Assembly (NCBI GenBank): GCA_934717555.1
Contig: CAKUYY010000005.1
Location: forward strand, 3,290-67,289
Direction of reading: 5' to 3'
DNA length: 64,000 nt
Source of the DNA: an uncultured Clostridium sp.
Lineage (GTDB): Bacteria; Bacillota; Clostridia; Oscillospirales; Acutalibacteraceae
The first letter of the stretch is position 1. Each line of letters starts with the position of its first letter. The position numbers and the translations under genes were made by a program. A model generated the notes under the pieces. It did no database searches, was not told the DNA's origin, and saw nothing but the letters and a program-made list of their open reading frames with translations. Below, one piece after another: positions 7,937 to 16,421 of the stretch.

Positions 7937-8102
7937 TTCTCATTGCCGATTCCATCAGTTTCGTGACTCGAACATACTTCATTGTTCTTGCAGTTGCCAG
8001 ACCGCAAGCTTATGTTACAACATAAGCAGTTTTTCTTTCTTCATCATCCGCATTTGCCTTCTTTTGAACCACTCGCCATGCGAGTGGCTTTCTTTATACA
8101 AG

Positions 8103-8131
8103 AAAAGAGCGCGGGAACTCCGCGCTCTTTT
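8103..8131 (+). terminator. Rho-independent terminator-like hairpin
   Basis: AAAAGAGCGCGG-gaact-CCGCGCTCTTTT, a 12-bp perfect stem ending in a T run. Confidence 0.5.
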
Positions 8132-8431
8132 GAAAGGAAAGGAAAAAATGAAAAGAAATATATATAAAGTCCTCAAAAGGAACTTCTTGATGGTCCGGCT
8201 CTCTTGCCGGCTTTGTATGATGGGCTGTTATCCTTTGGATTGATTTTATCTTACAACGCTTTTGTGACATAACCATCAAGGCATTGTGAAAGTTTCAAGA
8301 AAATCATAAAAAATTTGTAAATAGAGAACACCATAAAATTGGATTTCTTTGGATTTTATTCTCACTTTTTAGGATGGCTGTTGTCTGGACTATGTTATGA
8401 TAGGCTATAACCAAAGTTGAAACGTTATTTT

Positions 8432-8965
8432 TTACAGCGCCGTTCCCTTCTTGGGAACTCGGAAAGCCTGTATGTCGACCTTCTCTAGAGTTAGCAGCTT
8501 TATTTTTTTGCCTATACCGCCGGCGTAGCCCGTCAGACTTCCGTTTGTCCCTACCACTCTATGACAAGGGATAAGGATAGAGATGGGATTGTGCCCTACT
8601 GCGCCGCCCACCGCCTGTGCTGACATATTTTTTTCTCTGTGCTTTTCCGCAATTCTACACGCTATTTCCCTATAGGTGATGACCTGGCCGTAAGGGATCT
8701 GTCTAAGCATCTCCCATACCTCCAGACGGAACGCTGACCCTTTCAAAGAGATTGGAGGAAAAAATTCTGGATTCTTCCCCTGGAAATACACGTTCAGCCA
8801 CCGCCTTGTCTGCTGGAATACCAGCAGATCCTGTTCCTCCTGTCGTCTGTCTATCCCGGCGGCGAAATATTTCTGCCCGTCAAACCACAGACCCGTCAGG
8901 TTTTCCCCATCGCTCGCCATAGTAATAGCCCCTAGCGGCGACTGGTATCGGTTGGTATATTGCAT
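8432..8965 (-). CDS. ogt: Methylated-DNA--protein-cysteine methyltransferase (O6-alkylguanine transferase)
   Basis: 177 aa with the active-site motif IPCHRVV followed by GSLTGYAGG. Confidence 0.9.
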   Translation of the reverse strand: MQYTNRYQSPLGAITMASDGENLTGLWFDGQKYFAAGIDRRQEEQDLLVFQQTRRWLNVYFQGKNPEFFPPISLKGSAFRLEVWEMLRQIPYGQVITYREIACRIAEKHREKNMSAQAVGGAVGHNPISILIPCHRVVGTNGSLTGYAGGIGKKIKLLTLEKVDIQAFRVPKKGTAL

Positions 8966-8969
8966 ATTT

Positions 8970-9638
8970 TTATCCCCCCTTCTTAGACTTACGGGAATCT
9001 ATCTTCTTTTTGGGAGTGTAATCCCGCATCCCTTCAATAGCTCCGCCCGCCACCGCCCAGAGGTACAGGCTGGCAACACTCCCACAGGGGGAAAACCGCC
9101 GGCGGTACTTTTCAAACAGCTTCCGGTCAATTTTCCGATGATGGTATACCATGCGGAGTCCCCGCTGTAAGGCCAGATCGTCAAAGCTGAAGATATCGGG
9201 CCGCTGCATACAAAAAAGCAAAATCATCTCTGCGGTCCAGATACCCACGCCTTTTAAGGCGGAAAGATCCCTGATCGCTTCCTTATCCGGCTTGTTCCAA
9301 ATGCCTTCCAGGTCAAAAATGCCGGAACGGATCTTTTGGGCAAATTCCATGATGTATTCCGCTTTTCGGAAGGTGATGCCAAATTTTTGCAGCCCCTCCG
9401 TCCCTGCTTCCACAACAGTATCGGCGTTGACTGTGCCCAGCGCCTCCCGCATTCTCTTCCAGATGGTGGCCTGCGCCTTGGTGGAGATCTGCTGCCCCAC
9501 AATATGATGGATCACGGAAGAAAACAGGTCTGGGTCCACCTCCCGGTCGATATGTCCCACCCGTTGGATCACTTCTCCTATCTTGTGATCCTTTTGTTTT
9601 AAGTATTCTATTTCCCTCTCGCCGTAATGAAAATACAT
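8970..9638 (-). CDS. alkA: DNA-3-methyladenine glycosylase II family (HhH-GPD)
   Basis: 222 aa. It has HhH-GPD features (LSALKGVGIWTAEMILLFCMQRPDIFSFDDLALQRG) and lies immediately upstream of ogt. Confidence 0.75.
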   Translation of the reverse strand: MYFHYGEREIEYLKQKDHKIGEVIQRVGHIDREVDPDLFSSVIHHIVGQQISTKAQATIWKRMREALGTVNADTVVEAGTEGLQKFGITFRKAEYIMEFAQKIRSGIFDLEGIWNKPDKEAIRDLSALKGVGIWTAEMILLFCMQRPDIFSFDDLALQRGLRMVYHHRKIDRKLFEKYRRRFSPCGSVASLYLWAVAGGAIEGMRDYTPKKKIDSRKSKKGG

Positions 9639-9967
9639 AGGGGGTTTCCTTTCTATTTCATCGAACTTTTGTTATTTTTTATTTTACCATAAAATAGTGC
9701 GAAAAACTATGGTTATCTTTTGGGTTCCAATACTGAAGAGAAAAGGATTCGAAATTTTCCCACATCCGTTCCTCATCCACATCGCCATACCGTTCCAACA
9801 AACCGCGAAGCTCACTTTGCGCATAGCTTTCATCCCATACAGGAAGAAAAAACTCGCTTCAGGCTGGGTCCATAGCCAGAACCAATTGCTCCTAATAAGC
9901 CAATACGCTGGAACCGTCTGGCAAAGGACGATCCAGTTCGCTTCTCAACCAGTCAAACACCAGCATA

Positions 9968-10797
9968 ATGATGATAACGAGTGGATTTGAAATCTATTAT
10001 TATCGGGAGATTTATTTCAAGCCGTTAGACTTTCATAACCATGATTTTTATGAAGTTTACTTCTTCTTGGATGGCAGCGTCACGTATTATATTGAGGATC
10101 AAGTTTACGAGTTGGAGCCCGGCCAACTGCTGGTAATCCCGCCTGGAAGAATGCACCGGCCCGTTATTTTTGATAGTTCCGCCTACAAGCGGATGGTACT
10201 GTGGATTAATGTAGACTATCTACATTCTTTAAAAAATCACACAGAGCTCCTTACAGAAAAGCTAAATCTTTTTAACGGGACAAGTGGATATCTCATCCAT
10301 TTGAAAGAAGAATCCTTTTCCTTTCTTCTCGGAATATTCAACCATCTGATTCCCTTGGCCAAAAACAAGTCTCCACTGGTGCTTTTTCAGCAAAAATTTT
10401 TTATCTCTGCTTTGTTGGGGAAATATGCGAAAAACAAAAAGAACAGCAAAATTTCCCAGATTTACAAAAGAAACTAGCGCTTGTTCCTGATGCCATCCGG
10501 TATATTAACAAACATTTTACAGAACCTCTGAAACTAGACGATATCTGTTCTGAGTTTTTCGTAAGTAAGTACCACCTAATCCGTAAATTTAAAGAGTATA
10601 TAAATCCTACTGTCTATCACTATATTCTGTCTAAACGGATTGTACTGGCCCGGCATCTAATCCGGCAAGGAGTTGCAGTGACCTCTGTGGCAGAAGAATG
10701 TGGCTTCTCTGATTACTCAAATTTTTACAAAGCCTTTACTGCAAAATTGGGAATGCCCCCCGCACAATTCAAAAAATATTGTAATCATGATTTTTAA
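9968..10797 (+). pseudogene. AraC-family transcriptional regulator (cupin sensor + AraC HTH) interrupted by a frameshift
   Basis: The N-terminal cupin part (9968..10477) stops at TAG. The HTH part (ALVPDAIRYINKHFTEPLKLDDICSEFFVSKYHLIRKFKEY...ECGFSDYSNFYKAFTAKLGMPPAQFKK) continues in another frame to TAA at 10797. That second frame is open back through the A-rich tract around 10428-10445. Confidence 0.75.
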
Positions 10798-10821
10798 TCA
10801 TCTAATATCCCAATAGAAATG

Positions 10822-10859
10822 ACAATGGCGTACAAGGAAAATTCCTTGTACGCCATTGT
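10822..10859 (+). terminator. Long palindromic terminator hairpin after the AraC-family gene
   Basis: ACAATGGCGTACAAGGAA-aa-TTCCTTGTACGCCATTGT, with 18-nt perfect arms. Confidence 0.6.
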
Positions 10860-11244
10860 GGTGTTTGATATATGACATGTTATCATTCATGACAAAATTG
10901 GGGATAAACGTAATATTTTTTATTCTCTGACAACAATGCTATTCTTGTCATTGAAATGGGTCATCTCTACTCTTTTATTATTATAATCAGTTTTCATACT
11001 CTACAGTCTCCAAAGTGTCAGAGGGGCTCATATAAAAAGGTCAAAATCTGGATTGTCTCATTTTTGAGTTCCAAATTTTGGCCTTTATCCCTATACACTC
11101 TACGCTATCAAAAAGATATCTGTGACCCATATGAAAGTAAAATAACAAAAAAGAGAGCTTCATACACGGTCCGCGTATCGAAGCTCTCCACTGGGAAGCG
11201 ATGACAAAATAGATGTCACCATAAACGCGAGCAAAAAGCAAAAT

Positions 11245-11284
11245 AAAAAACTGAGTCCAGAACGCAAATTGCGTCCAGACTCAG
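11245..11284 (-). terminator. Terminator hairpin downstream of tRNA-Leu
   Basis: On the minus strand, ACTGAGTC..GACGCA-att-TGCGT..GACTCAG (with an internal loop) is followed by TTTTTT. Confidence 0.5.
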
Positions 11285-11289
11285 TCTGG

Positions 11290-11373
11290 TGGTGCGAGCG
11301 ATGGGACTTGAACCCACACGTCATAGACACACGCACCTCAAACGTGCCTGTCTGCCTGTTCCAGCACACTCGC
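11290..11373 (-). tRNA. tRNA-Leu (anticodon GAG), class II with long variable arm, encoded CCA
   Basis: Folded by hand from the reverse complement: acceptor GCGAGTG/CGCTCGC; D-arm CTG-GAACAGGCAGA-CAG; anticodon stem CACGT/GCGTG with loop TTGAGGT; variable stem GTC-TAT-GAC; T-arm GTGGG-TTCAAGT-CCCAT; discriminator A plus CCA. Confidence 0.9.
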
Positions 11374-11451
11374 ATATATCCCTGAAAACTTATATAAATT
11401 CTCAGCGGATTGTATTATACCATCTTCTGGGATCGGTGTCAATGATTTTCG

Positions 11452-12048
11452 CTAATATTTTAAGTTTTTTGCAACCTCACAAAAGTCTTCATAGCTCATC
11501 AGACAGTTGACCACCTGCAACAGGGCATTCGGGGACAGATGTTCCGGCAAACGCAATTCTTTAAGCAAAGAGACCCGTTTTTTACGGCTGTCCTGGCCTC
11601 CGGAAAATCCCCACTCAAAAAGGTCCGCTTTTGTCACCGTTCGAAAAGAACGGCTTTTTTCTTCGGAAACATCACAATCTGCACCCGCCCGACGGATAAC
11701 CTCGGCTAAAATTTCCTGGGGGATTCCTTCCACTCCCAGTTTTCCCTCCTTGGAGGGCTTTTCCTTTCGATGTTCTTTCCCAAAGATATCCGGGATATAG
11801 GCGTGTTTGATTTTTCCTTTTGGGATCATACCGGTGAGATGATTCCGAATCAGAAAACCGGCGGAGTCGCTGTCTGTCAGCACCAGAATTCCTCTTGTGT
11901 CCGCCAAACGACGTATGAGAGCCAGCTTTTCCTTATTGTTAAAAATCTGAAATCCCCCGGTATCAATAATCAATCCATCAATCAGGGACGACAGCTTAAT
12001 TTTGTCATATTTCCCTTCCACAATCACCGCTTCTTTGACACGGATCAC
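11452..12048 (-). CDS. Toprim-domain protein (RNase M5-like / DUF4093-type)
   Basis: 198 aa. Toprim signature VIVEGKYDKIKL ... ILVLTDSDSAGFLIRNHL. It overlaps the holA stop by 4 nt. Confidence 0.55.
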   Translation of the reverse strand: MIRVKEAVIVEGKYDKIKLSSLIDGLIIDTGGFQIFNNKEKLALIRRLADTRGILVLTDSDSAGFLIRNHLTGMIPKGKIKHAYIPDIFGKEHRKEKPSKEGKLGVEGIPQEILAEVIRRAGADCDVSEEKSRSFRTVTKADLFEWGFSGGQDSRKKRVSLLKELRLPEHLSPNALLQVVNCLMSYEDFCEVAKNLKY

Positions 12049-13097
12049 CTGTGTATTCCCCCTTCAGCCGCCAGACGCAACTGAGCAATCAATTCTTCTA
12101 AAATCACCCGGTTATCTACTCGGGAACTTTTTAAACGGATATCCGCTTCCAAGATCAGGCGAAGGCTTTGGCGCAATTGTTCCATTGACATGTTTCGGAC
12201 ATCCCTCTCTGCGTTTCGCAAACGGAACTCTTTCCCCTTATAGGGAAAACTCTGCGATAATTGGAAAGGCGCTACGCCGCTTTCCAGCGCCACCTTTACC
12301 CGGTAAAGATCCACATAGGCAGACGAGAGGACCGCCAAGATCATCACCGGCTCTTCTTTCTGATAAAGCAGTAAATCCAACTGCCGGTACGCTTGGTCGT
12401 ACCGCCCCGCTACCAGGGCCTTGGACAAAACAAATACCGTAGTCTCTAAGTTCTGCGTGACTACCTGGTCGATATCCTGCCGGGTAATTTCCCTCCCTTG
12501 GGCAAATGCGCACAGCTTTTCCATTTCTTGGCTTAATACCAAGAGGTCTTCCCCACAAAGCTGTATCATCCAACCCGCATCGGCCCGACTTAGGGTATTT
12601 CCCCTTTTTTCCGCCCATCCTACCAGTTGTTTTTCCAGTGTCGGAGTATCCCGTTTGCATAGTTCCGCTACACAGCCAGCTTTCTGCGCGGCCGCAAGAA
12701 ACTTCTTCCATTTGGCCGATTTTTTTACGTCCATCTCCAGGGTAGACTGGCTCACAATGAGTACAGTAGTTTCCGGCAAGTCCTCCAGAAGTTCATAAAG
12801 CTTTTTTAGTCCCGAAGCCGGCAGCGTTTCCACATTGAGATCATGCACCACAACGCACTTGCGATCCGCCAGCATCGGCAGGGCCTCCACTGCATCCGCG
12901 ATACTATCCACATCGCTGATGCCTGAAGGAAAAGACTGAAAATTAAAATCCGAATATCCTTTTCCCAAAATCTTCTGTACCATCTGCGTTGTGTAGTGTT
13001 TAATGAGATACTTTTCTTCCCCATAGAGCACATAAAGCCGGTCAAAAGTTTTTTCCCGAATCTGCTTTTTTAAATCTGTTTCTTTAATCTGAGGCAT
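12045..13097 (-). CDS. holA: DNA polymerase III subunit delta
   Basis: 350 aa. The N-terminus (YVLYGEEKYLIKHY) and size are typical, and it shows the conserved comEC-holA synteny. Confidence 0.8.
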   Translation of the reverse strand: MPQIKETDLKKQIREKTFDRLYVLYGEEKYLIKHYTTQMVQKILGKGYSDFNFQSFPSGISDVDSIADAVEALPMLADRKCVVVHDLNVETLPASGLKKLYELLEDLPETTVLIVSQSTLEMDVKKSAKWKKFLAAAQKAGCVAELCKRDTPTLEKQLVGWAEKRGNTLSRADAGWMIQLCGEDLLVLSQEMEKLCAFAQGREITRQDIDQVVTQNLETTVFVLSKALVAGRYDQAYRQLDLLLYQKEEPVMILAVLSSAYVDLYRVKVALESGVAPFQLSQSFPYKGKEFRLRNAERDVRNMSMEQLRQSLRLILEADIRLKSSRVDNRVILEELIAQLRLAAEGGIHR

Positions 13098-13099
13098 TC

Positions 13100-15325
13100 T
13101 TATTCCCTCCTTATACTGACCGCCCCGCTGGAATCCTGTTCTAAAACAAGGTTTCCCTGCCCACCGGTGACAAAGATTTCCCCGGCCTGTGGCGTATAAC
13201 GAACAATCCCTTCTCTGGCTGTTTCCTCGCTGACCGAAAATACAGCGTATTGGCTGGAGATTTCCCCTCCCCTTGCGTCTGGAACCCCTGTGATATAAAA
13301 ATGGCTATCCAGCCCCGGTGTCTCCGCTTTCCCTGTAGGGTCAACGGTTATTTGAAGATCCCCTATTGACAAGTGTGTATACCCGTTTTTCATATCCGTA
13401 TAAACAGAAGCCTTTCCCCACAGGTCTACTTGTGTTTGGCCGCTCACCATTGCCGCCTCTTGCGCTACATGCATACTGTTCCAAAGCCGTTCTTCTTTCT
13501 TCGCTTCTTCCGGCAACTCCAGCAATCGGGGAGGATATGACAAAATAACTTGATACGCCCCTTGGTTACCTTCCTGTTCTATACTGGGAAGTACCATATA
13601 ATCCAAACTGTGCACATTCTTCTCCCGGAAATGCCGTTGTACCGCCTCGGGCGCATAACGGCCTCCTCCACAGGAGATCACAGCCCCATGCCCCTGATAG
13701 GAGAGTGTCACGGCGCATCCGTCCCCCACGTCCAAAATAGCGACCTCCACAGAATTCCTGTGGAACACCCATTGGCATACGCCTCCAAAAATCAGGAGCA
13801 AACAGCTAAACCATGCCGCTATCCTCCGATTAGAGCGTGTAGGAGACCACCAGACCACTGCCAGCAGTACCAGCGTCCCCATAAGCCATAACAATAGAAA
13901 GTCTTCTCCCACCGATAGGCTCGCAAAGGGAATGTCAGCCAAACAGGAAGCACACGCCTGCAGATATTGAATCAGCAGGCTGGAAAGGAATAGAAAAGGC
14001 ATTGCCAAAAAGGAAACCACGCCCGTAAAAGATAAGAGAACCGCGGCCATTGTCCCTATCATCATCAACATAGCAGGCCCTACCAGCAACAAATTGGCAA
14101 GAATCGATACCAGGGAAAACTCCTGGAAAGTAAGCAAAATAACCGGGATTGTAAACAGTGTGGCGGATACTGTAACTGCCGCAGAATCGCCGATCCATTT
14201 CCATATCCGTTTTCCGTGGGAAATGCGGGATACCACTTTTTGATTCCATTGGTTTAAAAGCTTCCCGGAAACTAAAAGGATGCCTAAGGTACAGGCAAAG
14301 GATAACAACAGCCCTACATCTCCCGCCGCAAAGGGGTTGGCTACAGTGAGAATCCCAACAGCCGCCCCTAAGGAATTGAGAGAATCTGGTTCCCTATATA
14401 TCATCATCCCCAAAAGCATCAGAATGGACATGAGGCCCGCGCGCATCACGGAAGGGGAAAATCCGGTGACCGCCATAAATGCTATCACTCCAATGATAGA
14501 CAACCCCGCCGCCATCCGCCTGCGCAAGCGTAGGAACAGGAAAAGATGCAGCAGGCATTGGGTAACAGCGGCCATGTGCAAACCGGATACTGCCAGCAGA
14601 TGGGAAACCCCTATTCTCTGGAAATCCTCCTGGGTTTCCTGCGTCATCTGCTCTTTTGCGCCCAGCAACACCCCGGCGGCCATCCCCGACTGTTTCGAAG
14701 GAAACAGTAACCGTATGCGATGAAGAATTTCCTCCCGGGCTTTCAAGGCGTAATAATAGGGAGGGTAATGATCCGGGGATTGGATGGAAAACGGCTCATA
14801 CTCATAGAGAAAACCGGTCAGCCGGATTCCTTTGGATTGGTAGTAAGCGGCGGAATCCAGCCCGCTTCCCCTTTCCGGGACAAAAAGGCGGACCTTGCCC
14901 GTCACCCGGTCATATACGCCGGCATCCAGCGCATGGGTAGCGGTAATCCGAATATGGATGGACTGAGGCGCCCCTTCTATTTCCACCCGATCCGTCTGGA
15001 TCTCATAATAGTAACGCCCGTCTTTCTGATAGGGCAACTCACAGATGGAGCCGGAGATCTCCATATCCCGGCCGTCCAGAAACTCCACCGGCCGCACCAG
15101 CCACATCTGTCCCAAGCCATATGCGATGCACGCCATCCCGGCGGCTATACAGGCGATGGGCACAGCCTTTTCCCTGCGCAGGCGGGGAATCAAAAGAGAA
15201 ACCACAAAGAATAACAAGCATCCCGCCGCCAGATACCAAGAAATACTTTCCCCAAAGAAAACAGCGGCTGCCTGACCAAGCAGATATGAAAAACCTACCA
15301 GTGCAAGCGGCCGCTTCATAATCAT
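13100..15325 (-). CDS. comEC: DNA internalization-related competence protein ComEC/Rec2
   Basis: 741 aa. It is polytopic with a competence domain (GVSHLLAVSGLHM) and a C-terminal metallo-beta-lactamase-like region. Confidence 0.85.
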   Translation of the reverse strand: MIMKRPLALVGFSYLLGQAAAVFFGESISWYLAAGCLLFFVVSLLIPRLRREKAVPIACIAAGMACIAYGLGQMWLVRPVEFLDGRDMEISGSICELPYQKDGRYYYEIQTDRVEIEGAPQSIHIRITATHALDAGVYDRVTGKVRLFVPERGSGLDSAAYYQSKGIRLTGFLYEYEPFSIQSPDHYPPYYYALKAREEILHRIRLLFPSKQSGMAAGVLLGAKEQMTQETQEDFQRIGVSHLLAVSGLHMAAVTQCLLHLFLFLRLRRRMAAGLSIIGVIAFMAVTGFSPSVMRAGLMSILMLLGMMIYREPDSLNSLGAAVGILTVANPFAAGDVGLLLSFACTLGILLVSGKLLNQWNQKVVSRISHGKRIWKWIGDSAAVTVSATLFTIPVILLTFQEFSLVSILANLLLVGPAMLMMIGTMAAVLLSFTGVVSFLAMPFLFLSSLLIQYLQACASCLADIPFASLSVGEDFLLLWLMGTLVLLAVVWWSPTRSNRRIAAWFSCLLLIFGGVCQWVFHRNSVEVAILDVGDGCAVTLSYQGHGAVISCGGGRYAPEAVQRHFREKNVHSLDYMVLPSIEQEGNQGAYQVILSYPPRLLELPEEAKKEERLWNSMHVAQEAAMVSGQTQVDLWGKASVYTDMKNGYTHLSIGDLQITVDPTGKAETPGLDSHFYITGVPDARGGEISSQYAVFSVSEETAREGIVRYTPQAGEIFVTGGQGNLVLEQDSSGAVSIRRE

Positions 15326-15418
15326 TTCTCCAATCCTTTTGCAGATTGCGGGGAATTTCTTTTCCTCATAATTTTCTGAAAAAAAGAAATTCCCTTTCTC
15401 CTCAATAAGACAAACTTT

Positions 15419-15970
15419 TTATTTGACAAACAGAGGCAGCGGCTCCAGGAAAATAATATCTTTCCGGTTTGCCGCGTCTCCTTCTGCCAATACGCTGGCA
15501 CAGCCCACAATGTTTCCGCCGGCTTCCTGTACCAGCTTTTCCAAAGCGGAAAGGGATTCTCCCGTACTGATCACATCATCTACAATCAGAACCCGTTTTC
15601 CCTTCAAAGACTGATAATCCTCCTCCGCCAAATACAGTACCTGCTGTTTCGCGGTTGTAATGGACTTCACTTCCACCTTAATGGGATTACGCATATACAG
15701 CTTGACACTCTTACGCGCTACCACATATTTGCGGCATCCCTGGCGGGCCATTTCATAGCAAAGTGGAATGCCCTTTGCTTCCGCTGTGATCACAATATCA
15801 TGTTCCGGGCACTTTTCCAACAGGGCAGCCGCGGCTTTCTCTGTCAGCTCCACATCGCCAAACATGATAAATGCAGCGATATCCAATTTATCGTCCACTG
15901 GGCACAACGGCAAATCCCGTTCACAACCCGCTATGGTCATTTTATAAACTCGACTCATTGATTCAACCAT
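15419..15970 (-). CDS. Phosphoribosyltransferase family protein (purine PRT-like)
   Basis: 183 aa with the PRPP-binding motif VLIVDDVISTGESL. Confidence 0.7.
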   Translation of the reverse strand: MVESMSRVYKMTIAGCERDLPLCPVDDKLDIAAFIMFGDVELTEKAAAALLEKCPEHDIVITAEAKGIPLCYEMARQGCRKYVVARKSVKLYMRNPIKVEVKSITTAKQQVLYLAEEDYQSLKGKRVLIVDDVISTGESLSALEKLVQEAGGNIVGCASVLAEGDAANRKDIIFLEPLPLFVK

Positions 15971-16000
15971 CTTTCCTATTCTTGATTCACGTTTTCCGGA

Positions 16001-16339
16001 TCAGCCCGGAGGCCACTTCATGGAACGCCCGCCCAACAAATGAAAATGCAAATGCTGCACTGTCTGGCCGCCGTCTTCCCCGCAGTTATTGACAATACGG
16101 TATCCCTTATCGAGCTTGAGCTGACGGGCAAGCTGGGCCGCGACCAAATAAATATGGGCCACCACCCCGCTGTTCTGTTCGTTGAGCTCATTGGCAGAAC
16201 CAATGTGTTCCTTTGGGATCAACAGAACATGTACCGGTGCCTGAGGGTCCAGATCATAAAAGGCCACGACCTGATCATCTTCATAAACCTTGTTAGAAGG
16301 GATTTCTCCCGCAGCAATTTTACAAAAAATACAATCCAT
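16001..16339 (-). CDS. Histidine triad (HIT) family nucleotide-binding protein
   Basis: 112 aa with CIFCKI near the N-terminus and the HLHFHLLGG triad. Confidence 0.9.
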   Translation of the reverse strand: MDCIFCKIAAGEIPSNKVYEDDQVVAFYDLDPQAPVHVLLIPKEHIGSANELNEQNSGVVAHIYLVAAQLARQLKLDKGYRIVNNCGEDGGQTVQHLHFHLLGGRSMKWPPG

Positions 16340-16421
16340 CAGTCTACACCTCTTTCCTGCATCACTTGTTCATCAAGGCAGGGAGAAAAAGAAGCGCTTT
16401 TTCTCCCTTTTTCACCTTTTC

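Noticed and set aside
9697-9990. 97-aa plus-strand ORF upstream of the AraC-family gene
   Set aside because: It sits in the divergent alkA/araC promoter region and overlaps the araC start. It has no RBS and its composition looks like non-coding AT-rich spacer.
10956-11375. Several 66-82-aa ORFs in the AT-rich spacer and across the tRNA-Leu gene
   Set aside because: They overlap a bona fide tRNA and its terminator, or lie in AT-rich non-coding sequence without an RBS.
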